Below the pieces are notes generated by a model. That model was not told the DNA's origin, did no database searches, and saw nothing but the letters and a program-made list of their open reading frames with translations. Shown in pieces: positions 36,273-49,840 of a stretch of 64,000 bases of DNA. Location of the stretch: assembly GCF_018350175.1 (NCBI RefSeq), contig NC_058368.1, positions 221,962,001 through 222,026,000 of the forward strand. Direction: 5' to 3'. The stretch is from Felis catus (taxonomy: Eukaryota). Within the stretch, counting starts at the first letter, position 1; every line of letters starts with the position of its first letter. The position numbers were made by a program, and so were the translations under genes.

Positions 36273-36468
36273 CTTTTTCTATTTATTTATTTATTTATTT
36301 ATTCTAAGAGTTGGGAGGGGTAGAGGAAGAAGGAGGGAGAGAATCCCAAGAAGGATCTGTGCTGTCAGTGCAGAGCCTGATGAGGGGCTTGGACCCACAA
36401 ACAATGAGTTCACGACCTGAGCCTAAATTGAGTTGGATGCTTAACCAACTGAGCCACCCAGGTGTCCC
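36273..36468 (-). mobile_element. CanSINE
   Basis: Antisense body; TSD aaa(c/t)atagtt. Confidence 0.94.
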
Positions 36469-37523
36469 TTAAAATATAGTTTTAATAAGTACAAATTAAC
36501 CTATCATAGACAAATCAAAAGTTACTTAACCTGTCATTCACCTAGTATTATGTGTCCATAATTTGGATGTGAGGAAATTAAATCAATTAGTATTGAGGTG
36601 TGTTGGATTTTTAAGGGCCCAATAATATATTAACCTATCTGAGACAGGAACCAGGAGTTATACTAGTAAAGAAAACATGGTTGTTTTCACTTATCAAATG
36701 AATACTGTAGAAAATGGTTTACTTTAGGACCACATAATTTTTACCTGAAAAGTAAGGTCTTACACGTAGTGCATGACTAAGACCTGACTGAAACACATTC
36801 TCTCCACAGGTTAACAGATCTCCAAAGAAATGAGAAGAGGCTACTAACTCACACATCTTAATTCTGTTTTCTTACATCAACCACTAGAAAAGATAATGGA
36901 GCATAAAACTGGAAGTGATTCTCTAGGGAAGTTCCATCTACAAAGAGATATGAAGCCGGTCAAAAGAACCTCCCTCCAATCCAGAGCCAATTGTTCAGGA
37001 ATTATGAAAGATACTTTATTAAAAATGTCGCTACGCTTTCCTATACGGTAGTGGATTATGCTATATCAAGAGTAGTTTTTGTTCTGGCTATTATTCACAT
37101 ACCAATTTATAGGATTGGAACACTTCACTTGTAATTTAACATTAACCCTCAGAGTAATAGCAATTCTTACGATTTCCTCAAGTACAATGACTAAATATTT
37201 GAGTTTTGAATAGATACCATTTAACACGGATCAGAAGGAAGAAAAAAGAAGGATTTCAGATATATTTTTTTTTTCTTTTCAGAGAGAAAAAATTGCTACA
37301 GTTTCGTGAGAACATTTTTTTCCAGTTTCTATTCGTCAAGGCTTCCAAAATCTCAGTTATCACTTCCAGCCACTGAAGAAATGTAGATGAAGAGCGAAAT
37401 TCTTCTCTGACCCCTTACATTAATCAAATAATTGCTATATGCTAGACACTGTTACTATACATGAATCACCTCACAAATGATGTACATAATAGAGTTTTTT
37501 TCCACTCTGTAAATGTAAGAACA

Positions 37524-37746
37524 TTTTTTTATTTTTTTAAGTTTATTTATTTTTTGAGAGAGAGAGAGAGAAAGAGGGAGAAAACAAGTGTGGGAGGGGC
37601 AGAGAGAGGGAGAGAGAGAATCCCAAGCCAGCCTGCACTGTCAGCTTGGAGCCCAATGTGGGGCTTGAACTCACAAACCATGAGATCATGACCTGAGCGG
37701 AAACCAAGAGTTGGATGCTTAACTAATTGAGCCACCCAAGTGCCCC
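37524..37746 (-). mobile_element. CanSINE inserted in a MIR-like sequence
   Basis: Antisense body; flanks atgctagacactgtt..gtcacaggaagtcagagggctgg resemble MIR. Confidence 0.94.
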
Positions 37747-38268
37747 AAAGGCCAAAGACATTTAAAAAGTCACAGGAAGTCAGAGGGCTGGTGAGAACTC
37801 AAGCCAAGCAGTTGTGCTCTCAGCCCAAGAGATGAGAAGCCAATCCATGCACAGCACATGTAACATACTGTTATAACATTCTAGTGCTTATTGGAAAGAA
37901 CAGAAGAGGGCTCACATCCAGGGTCTCCTACTTATGGAATTCAGGGCATTGATGGGTGGCATTGCCTCTTAGCCTCAATTTCTTCACTAGCAATAGAAAT
38001 TTAAAAACAGTGTTCACCTTACAGTATTATTTGGAGAACTAGAAAACACAGGCCCATGCCCACTAACTGAGCCTGATACATACAATTTAGCAGCTACTAT
38101 TATCACTATAATATGACCTTGTCATCCTCCAGGGGAAGAGCTTTGAAAGTAACCATTTACTCAAAAATATTTCATCTCTAGTATTGAGTATGCAACACAA
38201 AAAGTGTTCATTACCTGTCTGAAGGGTTTTAGCCTTCACTACTTTTAACTGTAAGAGGAAAAAGTCCA

Positions 38269-38478
38269 GGGGTGCCTGGGTGGCTCAGTTGGTTAAGCAT
38301 CCAACTTCAGCTCAGATCATGATCTCATGGTTCACAAGTTCAAGCCCTGTGTTGGGCTCTGTGCTGACAGCTCAGAGCCTGGAGCCTGCTTCGGATTCTG
38401 TGTCTCCCTCTCTTTCTGTCCCTCCTCCACTCACACTCTGTCTCTCTTTCAAAAATAAATAAAAACATTAAAAAAAAA
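38269..38478 (+). mobile_element. CanSINE
   Basis: TSD gagg(a/g)aaaagtcc. Confidence 0.96.
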
Positions 38479-38702
38479 GAGGGAAAAGTCCCCTGAAATA
38501 CATGGCCTCCAGCAGCTATTTTTATGCGGCGAATATCCAAATCCCTCTTACAGATTATTTTATGGAATTTTCACAACAAAGAGCTTTTCTTTAAAAAAAA
38601 AAACAACTACCATGTAAAGATAATTTTATTAATATCACATTTTCATGTTTATCAACTCTAACTTGTAGGAAGTTTTAACAGTTTGGGTCAAAGACCATTT
38701 CT

Positions 38703-38940
38703 GTTTTTTTAATTTGTTTTTATTTTTTAAAATGTACAATCAAATTAGTTAGCATATAGGTGCCACAGTGATTTCAGGAGTAGATTCCTTAGTGCCCCTT
38801 ACCCATTTAGCGCATCCCCCCTCCCACAACCCCTCCAGTAACCCTCAGTTTGTTCTCCATATTTATGAGTCTCTTCTGGTTTGTCCCCCTCCCTGTTTTT
38901 GTATTATTTTGGTTTCCCTTCCCTCATGTTCATCTGTTTC
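38703..38940 (-). mobile_element. Feline-type L1 3' end (truncated)
   Basis: caaattagttagcatata..gatttcaggagtagattcctta..ccctccagtaaccctcagtttgttctcc. Confidence 0.88.
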
Positions 38941-39717
38941 TTAATGACTTTGTTCTGGTTTTGGTGGCTATGAAAACTCTCTGGTCCATGCCATCATAAA
39001 GCTTGTCATTTCCCTTCCTTCTTTAGGCTGAATAATCTCTGTTTCTTTAAGAATTTCACATATATTGAATTTTCTAATAATTCTGGTCACTTTTAGGATT
39101 ACTACCTCTACTAAATAGCTTTTATATTGGATTAAGTATTATAAGCTATATTCAAAGTTGCCTTAGACATATTTATAGTCTTTAAAATCACAACATGGAC
39201 ATATCCGGCTTCCAAGTCCACCTCGAATATACCACCTCCATTCTCCATTGTGTCCTACCTCTCATACATTTTGTTGAAAAGTTGAAAGAAATACCCTCCT
39301 CTTCACTGATAAGAAGGTACAAGTAAGTCAGTTTTTAAGATATCGAGACAGAATGCCAATACTATAGACAAAGGCTAATCAGCACTATATATACCGCTAT
39401 GTATATTAATGAAAATCATAACATGATAATAGTAAATACTAAGAACTGAATATATACAAAGTGATTTAAAATTCAGTTATTCAATAAATATTTAATTAAC
39501 TCAACAAACGTATTGAACTTCTCCTATTCCTAAGCATTTTTTTCTAGGTACTGTGAATAAAGCAACGAAAAATACAAATATTCCTAACTTTGAGGGACTT
39601 TAATAGCAAAGCATAAAAAAAAGAGCTAAGAAGAGAGAGATTACGTATTTTTATACAGTGTATCATTATTGGTGTCTTTTCACGACTCTAGTCCCTTATT
39701 TTTATGTGCCTTCTAAT

Positions 39718-39957
39718 TAGAGTTGTAGGATATAGCAAATAATGATCCAAGATGCCGAGTTAAATTTGAAGTTGGACACACAATTTTAAAATATAAGTAT
39801 GTCCCCAATATTGGGATTAATATTCACATAAGGCATGAATCATTATTTAGTGTTAGTATGTCATTGTTTACTACAATATTTGTAGTAAACTACAAGAAGT
39901 ATATTATTTAATCAATATTCAAGTTACCTGAACATTCCAGATTTTATCCACCAACTT
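39718..39957. mobile_element. MER53-like palindromic DNA transposon MITE
   Basis: tagagttgtaggatatagcaaataa..gatgccgagttaaatttgaa..tataagtatgtccc matches recalled MER53 left arm; decayed right arm. Confidence 0.75.
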
Positions 39958-40576
39958 GAAATGGTCCACCATTCAGTCATAATGATTTAGAATTGCACAT
40001 GGAAATTTACAACTTTGTTAGACCAGTTTCTAATAAAGTCAATTTTAAAATAACTTTTAAAACAATTTTAATTGTTTAATTGGAACTTTTAATAGCCTAT
40101 GTCTATATTTCCTTATTACATTTTTAATCAATGTTGTTCTAGGTTTCTCAAAAATTTCCTTAGTGTCTACTTTGAGCATGCTACTGCTTCTGCTGAGTCT
40201 ACTTTGCTAAGGCTTTAGTGTTTGCAAGGAAAAATAAACCCAGGAATCTCAGTTGAACCTTACCTGCAAGTTAACTAATGTGTAACACAAATGTCCCATT
40301 ATTGTATATGACATAATGGTAGATGAACAGAGACGGCTTCAGCTCCACTAATAGAGTGAAAATATCCTGTTATTAATGACTATTTTCTCTTTATAGTTGT
40401 GCAAATGTTTCTAGTCTACTCAGTAAAATATTTTTCGATAGATAAATGTTTGTTCACAAAGATTTTATTTTCCTAGGATACGTATTAGCAAATTTTGCTA
40501 TAATTGTTACAATATATTAAATAACCTTGCTAATACATAGAAAACAAAAATAAACAGGTAAATTTAGTTTCAAGCT

Positions 40577-40780
40577 GGGGCTCCTGGGTGGCTCAGTCAA
40601 TTAAGCATCCGACATTGACTCAGGTCATGATCTCACCGTTCATGGGTTTGAGCCCCGCTTTGGGGTCTGTGCTGACAGTTCAGAGCCTGCAGCCTGCTTC
40701 GGATTCTGTGACACTCTCTCTCACTGCCGTTCACCCACTCACACTCTGCCTCTCTCTTTCAAAACAAATATTAAAAAAAA
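40577..40780 (+). mobile_element. CanSINE
   Basis: Full head-to-tail SINE body. Confidence 0.96.
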
Positions 40781-41136
40781 ATTGGTCTCAAGGGTTTCTT
40801 TACAACTCTAAATACAAGAGCCTTTAGTATACAAAAAAGAACAATACTAAAAAAAGGAGGAACATAATGATATACTGTAGGATCTGGTATAAATTATTGT
40901 GAAATATCTACCATACTTTCTGTACTTTTCTACTATTATAAAAATATGAAAATGTAACATTATATCTATATTATATTGATTTTAACAGATATTTTGAAAA
41001 TAATGTTTCTTTAAAGTTGACCTTAAGAGCTGGTAACAGATGCTAAATTTGTAGGGCTCATTTTAGTTCATTTAGATAATTTAAAAACACTTTTGTACTT
41101 TGGGGTAGATCCTCGTATTATATAACATATTGTTCT

Positions 41137-41204
41137 TTTTAAAAAAATTATGTTTATTTTTTTTTGAGAGAGACACTTAACCAACTTAGACACCCAGGCG
41201 CCCC
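41137..41204 (-). mobile_element. Internally deleted CanSINE (head fused to tail)
   Basis: tttttgagagagacac|ttaaccaacttagacacccaggcgcccc; TSD tataacatatt 41121-31/41205-15. Confidence 0.9.
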
Positions 41205-44046
41205 TATAACATATTTTTCTATAAATAGAAAAGAATATATATATATGCATATATATATATATATTCTATGTATGCATATACTATGTGTGAAATTCAATTT
41301 TTATATTCATAAGATAACTTTATTGGAAATTTGTGAGGAAATAAATTTGTTCGTTCATTTGTAAGAGTCATCCATTAAGCTGATTGTTTTGAACGACCTT
41401 AGATATACATAGATTTAAGACATCTAAGCATCTGTGGTGCATATATTTTATTTCACTTTCATTTTTAATAATAATAATTCCTTCCCTGATTTTTCAACTG
41501 CCAGGCAACACATTGTGGGTATGTTTTAATGATCTGTTCATAAGTTTATGAAGAATAAATAACTCAGGAAATAAGTGACCTAATAGAGACATGGAAAGGA
41601 TACACGGGTCATAGATGAGATACAGAGTTGCTTGCCTTGTATTTTCGAAATTTAGTTTGTCACTGATACACTTTGCAATTGTTGATGCCTGAATGTATTT
41701 TCCTTTGAACGTAAGGCTCATAGTCAGTAAACAGCCAACCAATAAATAAATAATGAAGGGTAAATACTCTTTCCCAAACATAGAATATTTCCTTTAAAAT
41801 TCCTTCATTTTTGTGAGGCCACTATAGGCACTTAGGTCTGTCAGGCCCCTGGGCATTCTGGACCACTTTTAAAACACTCTTTGGTTAGAATTTTCTTATT
41901 TCTGTAAATAACAGCTTGAGGAAATTCAATTCAGTTCACCATGTCTCTTATCACCAGAAAAGGAAATTTAAAGTATTTTCAGCTGAGGTTTTTTTTTTCT
42001 TTTTTAAAGAAGTTTTGCTTACCAAATATAACATGCGAATTAGCTCTAATTATTCATTTTGTTCATGGGGCTCAGCAATTAAAGTAATTACCGAATTAAC
42101 CATGTCAAAGTATTAATTTCCACCCCTTGAATCAGAGTTTTCATATCTTTAGTGAGTCGCATTCAATGAAGTAACTAATGTCTCACATACATTTCTCCCT
42201 CTGAAGCAGTGCAGTGAACACATAGTTAATGTCATCAAGGGAGTTTATTATCTAGAAAGAATGACGACTTACAATCAGCAACCTTAAATAATCTAATGTA
42301 GTAATAAAAACCATGCCCAATACAGTTATCCTTGCAAATTAAATGCAGTTCAGAGCCAGAAAGTGATACTTGATTAAATGAGGGAATGATTTACCGTGAG
42401 CCATGCTGACATTAGAGAAGTGTACTCTTTACTCATCGTCCCCTACTTGGACAAGGCACACGCTAAAACGAGGAAGAACTAAAATTTATCTTCAACTTTA
42501 AAATGTCAAAAGGTAACGTAGAAAATGCTAAGAATTTTCTAGTTGCCTTATGCAGTTACATGGATTGTATGGTGTTCAAATTTATTTAATTTGACAACGC
42601 ACATTTATTAGCATTTCGTGCACTGTGTGCTGACATTCTACGTTTATTCTGGATCAAATAAAACTCAAGGAACACACCCAGAAGTTGAGAAATTTACTCA
42701 TGGTCATACAATTACAACTACCCAACATATTAGTAGTATTAGTTGTATTAGTAGAATCTCCTCATAAAACATTAACTAACATCAGAAAAATCACCATGTG
42801 CTGAACATGTTATATTTTTGGTTGCAAGATCTTAAGAAATCATTGAAAAATTTCCACCCCTGGGCAGGTTAGACATATTAACATATACATATATTTATAC
42901 TAGTATTCTATGATACCTTTTGACAAAGAAAGATTACTACACTCTTATACTAAATGAGAATTTTACATATCCTTCAAAGAAGAAAAAAGAAATATATGGA
43001 ACCAACATGTTTCAAAAGTAATTATATGTAATCTTTACTAAATAATGTGTTGTATGATTATATGAGTAACTGCGGCCTGTTTATTTATAAAAGGTATATA
43101 AGTTTATTATTTCCTGGGCTGGAATGAATTAGAAATGTATTTTACAACTTACGTTGTCTTCATCCAACAGAAAGGAGAGGATAATTAAAATTTTAAGAGA
43201 GTATTGTTTTGATGTTTAATAATTAACTATTTAATGGATATAACTCAGGCAGGATATACTGCAATTGAATAAACAATAAATAGTTTAGAGTAATTCCCAT
43301 GGAATGTATTTTTATTTGCAATTCTAAAGTATTCAGTATGGCTCTAATTCCATTTAAACATTTGCCTTTGAATTAAAACTTAAAAGAATGCATTTGGAAA
43401 GTGGATAATTCTATTTTCAGATGAGTAATTCAATATATGATTCCACAGTCATGTAACAGTATGCTGTGCTTTAAGGAAATGTGACTTTGACATTAGCTAG
43501 ATATATTGTTCAGTTCGTATTTTTCTATGTATTTAAAAATTAAATGTCAATGGGAATACCTTTAAGATGTTTATTTTGCTAAATCTAAACAGATCATTTT
43601 ATTGCTTATAATCAGTACCTCACTTAACTAAATTATCCATAATTCTGTGAGAATTCTCATAAGACCAGTCTGGTTATGAGAAAATCTTAAAGATTTATTG
43701 AACATTTTAGAAAAATTTTGCAAATATAAATAAGTAAATAGTTTAAAATTGCAGTGGATAATTAGTTTAACTCATTTATATAGGCATAGACATTTATCAC
43801 AAAATGGTAATGACAAGAACTTTGATAGTTAATCATAAATACAACACTCACCTTTGAAGCGCTCAAAAAGAAAGTAGAACTATATTTCACTTACCATGCT
43901 TATTAGTAGGCTTTCTAGTTGGTTTTGACTTTTTGTTCTTTTCATTAGAAAATAGTGCTCTATTGCAGTGTAGTAGAATTCATTTGATATTCTAATCATC
44001 TTGAATTAATAGAGTATAAAATTAATTATATTAATATTCTGTAGCT

Positions 44047-44254
44047 CTTTTTTTTTCAACATTTTATTTATTTTTTGGGACAGAGAGAGACAGAGCATGA
44101 ATGGGGGAGGGGCAGAGAGAGAGGGAGACACAGAATCGGAAACAGGCTCCGAGCCATCAGCCCAGAGCCCGACATGGGGCTCAAACTCACGAACGGCGAG
44201 ATCGTGACCTGGCTGAAGTCGGACGCTTAACCGACTGCGCCACCCAGGCGCCCC
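44047..44254 (-). mobile_element. Young feline-type CanSINE
   Basis: TSD tattctgtagct 44035-46/44257-68; small internal deletion. Confidence 0.97.
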
Positions 44255-44494
44255 ATTATTCTGTAGCTTTAAGAAATGTTTGAAAGTGACTTTTTCAATG
44301 GTGCAGTTTCAGCGCCTAGGAAAGCACTCTGTAACCCACTGATACTCATTTTGAATTAATTGTAAATATCTTAAGGTTGCCTTGAGGATAGTTCTTCCTT
44401 TATATTAGGTACAATTTCTTGTGCAGAACATAACATTATATGTTTGCAAAATGTCCGGAATTGCTAATTTGTTCCCAATAAAAGGGAATTAAAA

Positions 44495-44948
44495 AAAATA
44501 ATTCCAGTATAGTTAACAATGTAATACTAATTTCAGGTGTACAATATAGTGTTTCAACAATTCAATTCATTACCAGGTGCTAATTACAGCAAGTGCACTC
44601 CTTAATTCCCATCACCTATTTAACCCATCCCCCCCACCCACCTTCCTTCATGCAAACATCAGTTTTTTCTCTATCGGTAAGAGTCTGTTTTATGATTTGC
44701 CTTCTTCTCCCCCCCATGTTCATCTGCTTTGTTTCTTAAATTCCACATATGAGTGAAATCATATGGTATTTGTGTTTCTCTGACTGATTTACTCTACTTA
44801 GCATTAGCTAAGCTCCATCCATGTCATTACAAATAGCAAGATTTAATTTGGTTTTTATGCTGACTAATTTTCCATTGTGGATATGTAATATATATATATA
44901 TACACACACATTACATATCCATTGTGGATATGTAATATATATATATAT

Positions 44949-45032
<84 letters not shown>

Positions 45033-45375
45033 CACTTCGTTATTCGTAAGTCATTCCATGGGCATTTGGGCTCTTTCCATAAATTGGCTCTTGTTGATAA
45101 TGCTGCTGTAAACGTTGGGATGCATGTGCCCCTTTGAATCAGTATTTTTGTATCCTTTGGGTAAATACTTCCTAGACCAATTGCTGTATCACAGGGTAGT
45201 TCTACTTTGAACTTTTCGAGGAAGCTCCATACTGTTTTCTAGAGTGGCTGCACCAGTTTTCATTCCCACCAACAGTATGAGAGGGTTCCCCTTTCTCCAC
45301 ATCCTCTCCAGCATCTGTTGCTTTTTGTGTTATTAAAATTCAGCCATTCTGACAACTGTGAGGTGATACTTCATC
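44495..45375 (-). mobile_element. Carnivore L1 3' end with expanded (TA/CA)n
   Basis: ttccagtatagttaaca..aaattccacatatgagtgaaatcatatggtatttg..agagtggctgcaccagttttcattcccaccaacagt. Confidence 0.93.
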
Positions 45376-46042
45376 TTTAAAATTTGACTTTATTCCCGCT
45401 GTTCTCAAAGATGATCATATTCATGATACATAGATTGTGGCATAAAGCCCATAGAAATTCTGACTTGGAATGTAGATGTGGAAATGTGGGTAAAAGTGAT
45501 CCTTCCTGCTACAAAAAATAAAATTGGTATTTATATTAATGCTATTGTTTTCCTTCGTACATGTTTTCATTTAACTGACTAGGATATTTATAGAAGTAGC
45601 AAGCACATTCTATCTCTAGTGATACTAAAAGTAAGTAGAATTGAGAGAGAGATTTCTCATAAAAGACATCGTAATGTAAGCTCTGAGACTGCTTTATCTT
45701 TTCTGTAAAACATGTAAAAGACAGATAATAATCTCTAGACAAATTAACTAATACACACTAAATATTAAATAGCAGATATGATAACTAGGATTGTTTTGTT
45801 TTGCTTTTTAGATTACTAAATTCAAATGGGCTTAAACAATCAGGAAAAATGTTACCTCTTGAAAAAAGAAGTCCAGAGATCGGCTAAGCAAATGATTTGT
45901 CTGCTTAAGGTCCTCACTGTTTTCCTCAATCTGGCTTCTAATTTGTCTTATTTTACTACTCTCTATTTACAGAGGAAAATTTGTGCTTCACAGAAGAACA
46001 CCTAGTTTATTGTGACTCTTGGTTAAAAGTGAGATACTGCTT

Positions 46043-46227
46043 GGGGCACGTGGGTGGCTCAGGCAGTTAAGTGTCTGACCCTTAGTTTTGGCTCGGATTT
46101 TGATCTCAGGGTTTGTGAGTCTGAGCCTTGCCTCAGCCTCCAAGCTGACAGTACGGAGCCTGTTTGGGATTCTCCCTCTCTCCTTCTCTCTCTGCCTCTC
46201 ACCTGCTTGTGCTCTCTCTTTCAAAAG

Positions 46228-46270
<43 letters not shown>
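46043..46270 (+). mobile_element. CanSINE with (AAAT)n tail
   Basis: ggggcacgtgggtggctcagg head. Confidence 0.95.
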
Positions 46271-47200
46271 GAGTGAAGCTGATTTTAGGGTAATGGATCA
46301 GAGAGCCAGAGCACTGAAGAGATGACAGAAATCTCTTGCTTATGTAATACATTATTTGGATATACAACATAGCATATTCTGAAATGTCCACATGGAATTT
46401 TTCAAGAGTTTAAATACTTTAAAAATAGACCTGAAAGGTATGAAGTAAGATTGTTATAACTGTAAGCAGAACAATCTCACCCAAATTTCCAGGAATAAAA
46501 GACACTCCAGAAGTCAAACATATTAATCACATGGAATGTTAGAAACTGGATGTGTAAAAGTACAACTGTGAAATAAGCATGCAATTAATTAACTACATGC
46601 TTTAAAGCTGATGGAGCCTAATAAAAGTAAATGGACTTATCATCATCATTCTGCATTATATTTCTGGGAAAACAAATATTTCCCCAGTTCTTTGCAACAA
46701 AATGTAACTAGAGAATAATATATATTTACAATCTAGTTGAATATTTTAACTTAACTCTTATCCAATCAAAGTAAATAATTATAGATTAGTAGAATAGATT
46801 GCAAGTTTAGTGCCATTCATGCCAATGGTAAATGTTAATGCTTGGTTAGTTTTTGCATGAACCCTGTCAAAGATATTGAACAACAATTGCATGCATGTAA
46901 ACACACACAAACTTATTTAGTTTAAATTTCAGTTGAATCTATATTACAATGAAAAATTCACATGAGGTTATTTGATCTTTGAAATGTATCACTCATACAC
47001 CAAAAACTAAAGAGGGTATATTCTTGCTTTTTAAAGATCTCACAAATCTCCAATGATTTTGTCATCTAAAAATTAATATAAATGTGTATTTATATTAAGG
47101 ATGTTATTTGAAATCAACGAAGCCCATGAAATCAACTGGGAAAGGTAGGCCACTAGCTTAAGACCTAAAACTTAACATTAATATTTCATAAAAATATGTG

Positions 47201-47411
47201 TTTTTAAGTTTATTTTTATTTATTTTGAGAGAGAGATAAAGAGCAAGTGGGGAAGGGGCAGAAAGAGAGGGGGACAGAATCTCAAGCAGGCTCTGTGCTG
47301 TGTTTTCAGTGCAGAGACCCATGCGGGGCTTGAACTCACAAACCGTGAGATCATGACCTGAGCCGAGATCAAGAGTCAGGCGCTTAACCAACTGAGCCAC
47401 CCAGGAGCCCC
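47201..47411 (-). mobile_element. CanSINE
   Basis: Antisense body ending gccacccaggagcccc. Confidence 0.96.
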
Positions 47412-48774
47412 CAAATATTTATTTTATTGGGCTTATATATAATGTGGCTGCTGTATGCAATTGAAGAAAATGAATTTTGTTGGCAGTATTAATAATTGAC
47501 AATAAGTTTTTAAAATATTACTCTTACATGTCTATATGGATTTTAGAGAAAATTAGCACTTAGAATCTCTGATTGAATAGAAGAACTCTATCCTATCAGA
47601 GATAATTACTTGCTCATATTATTGTATTGAGTCAAAGTTTAATTTAATTAGTCATAATAAGTAAAATTTAAAATTCTTCTTATATGTTTATCTGATAATC
47701 TCAACTCAAGATAATATTTTCCAAATATTGGATTTTAATAGACTATAAGGTGAAAAACCTTGTTTATGGCTCCATAGGACTGCAGTGAGCAGAAAAAAAG
47801 TCTTTTAAGATTGATTTAAATGCAATGGTAGAATAATCTGTTTTTCTATCAAAGTTTATTGGGCATCCAAAGAATAAGATATACTCTAAGTGCATCCAAT
47901 AAATTTGCCAACCTAGCAATGCTTTATACGTCAAATATTGAAATAGAGAGGGAGTTCATTTTTAGTGATGGACAATCTTACATTTTGAACTCTTGATAAT
48001 TAGTTCAAATTAAATTGAAGTTATGTACAACACATTTAACTATCTCTATTGAGTCAAATTCATTACAGTTTAAAAAAGTTTTAACTTAACTGTTTACATC
48101 ATAATACCTCTTATCTCAACCTAGAAAACCATCATTTTAAATTAAAAATATATAGGAATTTTTAGACCTCCTTTTTACTATAGAGTAACTTCTGAATTAA
48201 GATATTATAATGTTAACTCCTTTTAATATAACTTCAACTTGCAAATTCATAGATGTTAAATTTTCTCTTCTTAATTTGATGTGTGTCCAAGAGACAATAC
48301 TTAGCAACAGAATTTAAATATGCCTTATTAAATGCTGCTACAAAACTTGTGGAGGCACTATTCACACTTGATTGTGCCTTGAATGTACTTTACTGGAAAT
48401 ACAACAGAACCGTTCAGATATGCTGAAACTCCCAATATTGATTTAGTTCAACATTTGCAGTAACTTTAGAAGAAATAGAAGCTTTAAATAAAATCAATTT
48501 AGTGAGTTTGAGTGGAAAGATTCACCTTAGGAAATGGCCTTGTTGAGGATTAGACACCCCAGGCAGTATCTTCTTGTAATAATTTCGGTAACTGTTTCAT
48601 AAAATCTTCACTCTTCTAGGTAATGGCTTAATTTTCTTGTTCTAATATTGGGTATTAAAATTTGGATTCTCTACAAAGCAAATCCCAATGCAGAAGCCTT
48701 TTGAGCTAATAATTTATTAGGGATAACAACATTTATTCACAAGAGTGAGAAATAAGAGTGCCTTAAGATACCAA

Positions 48775-49650
48775 CAGTTATATATGCAGGTGCTCACCAT
48801 CACTAATCCCCAGGAAAATGTAAATCAAAAATACAGTGAGGTAACCCCTCACACCTGTTAAGATGACTATTATCAAAAAGATAATAGACAAAAAGTACTG
48901 GCAAGGCTGTAGAGGAAAGGGAACCCTTGCTCATTGTTGGTGGGAATATAAATTGGTGCAACCACTATGGAAGACATTTGTAGTTTCCTCAAAAAAATTA
49001 AAAGTAAATATCAAAATAGAGCTACCATATGACCCAGAAATCCCATTTCTGGAATTATATCCAACAGTAATTACGTCAAGATCTGGAAGAATTATATCCA
49101 CTCCATGTTTACTGCAGGATTATTCACAATAGCTGAGATACAGGAACACTTACGTGTCCCTCTACTGATGAGTGGATAAAGGAGATGTAGTGTCATGACA
49201 TTTGTGATAGCACAGATGCACACTGAGGGCATTGTGCTAGAGTGAAGCAGGTCAGACAAAGGAAGAAATTATTGTATGATTTTACTTATATGTGGAAACC
49301 CCCCAAAATAATAACTCGTAAACACAGAGAGTGTAATGGTGATGGCTAGGGGCTGGGAGGTAGGGGAAATGGGGAGATGTTGATCAAAGGGTCCGAACTT
49401 CTAGTTATAAGATGAGTTAAGTTCCAGAGACTTAATGGACAGCATGACTATAGGCAACAATACTGTATTATGTACTTGAAAGTTGCTGAGAGAGTAGATA
49501 TTACATATTCTCATCACACATCATATAAGATGATGATGGTGTCAACCAAACCTATTATGGTAATAATTTCATGATATATACATAGTATATGTAATCATGA
49601 TCTTATACAATGTCATATACCAATTCTACCTCAATAAAGTTGGGAAAAAA
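48775..49650 (+). mobile_element. L1 (L1MA/MB-like) ORF2 C-terminus and 3' UTR
   Basis: ORF 48863-49132 contains L1 ORF2 motif [24 protein letters not shown]; ends ctcaataaagttgggaaaaaa. Confidence 0.93.
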
Positions 49651-49733
49651 AGAGTTCGGCTTTCTTTACGAAAACTAAGTAATTATATCATGTAAATCTG
49701 ATATAACACATGGGCTTTAAATGAATAAACGTT

Positions 49734-49840
49734 GGGGTGCAAACCTGGCTCAGTCAGAGGAGTGTGTGACTCTTGATCTCGGGGTTGTGAGTTCAATCCC
49801 ATGTTAGATGCAGAGATTATGTAGATAAACTTAAAAAAAA
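49734..49840 (+). mobile_element. Short old-type CanSINE
   Basis: ctggctcagtcagaggagtgtgtgactcttgatctcggggttgtgagttcaatccc; TSD-like aataaac(g/a)tt. Confidence 0.88.
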
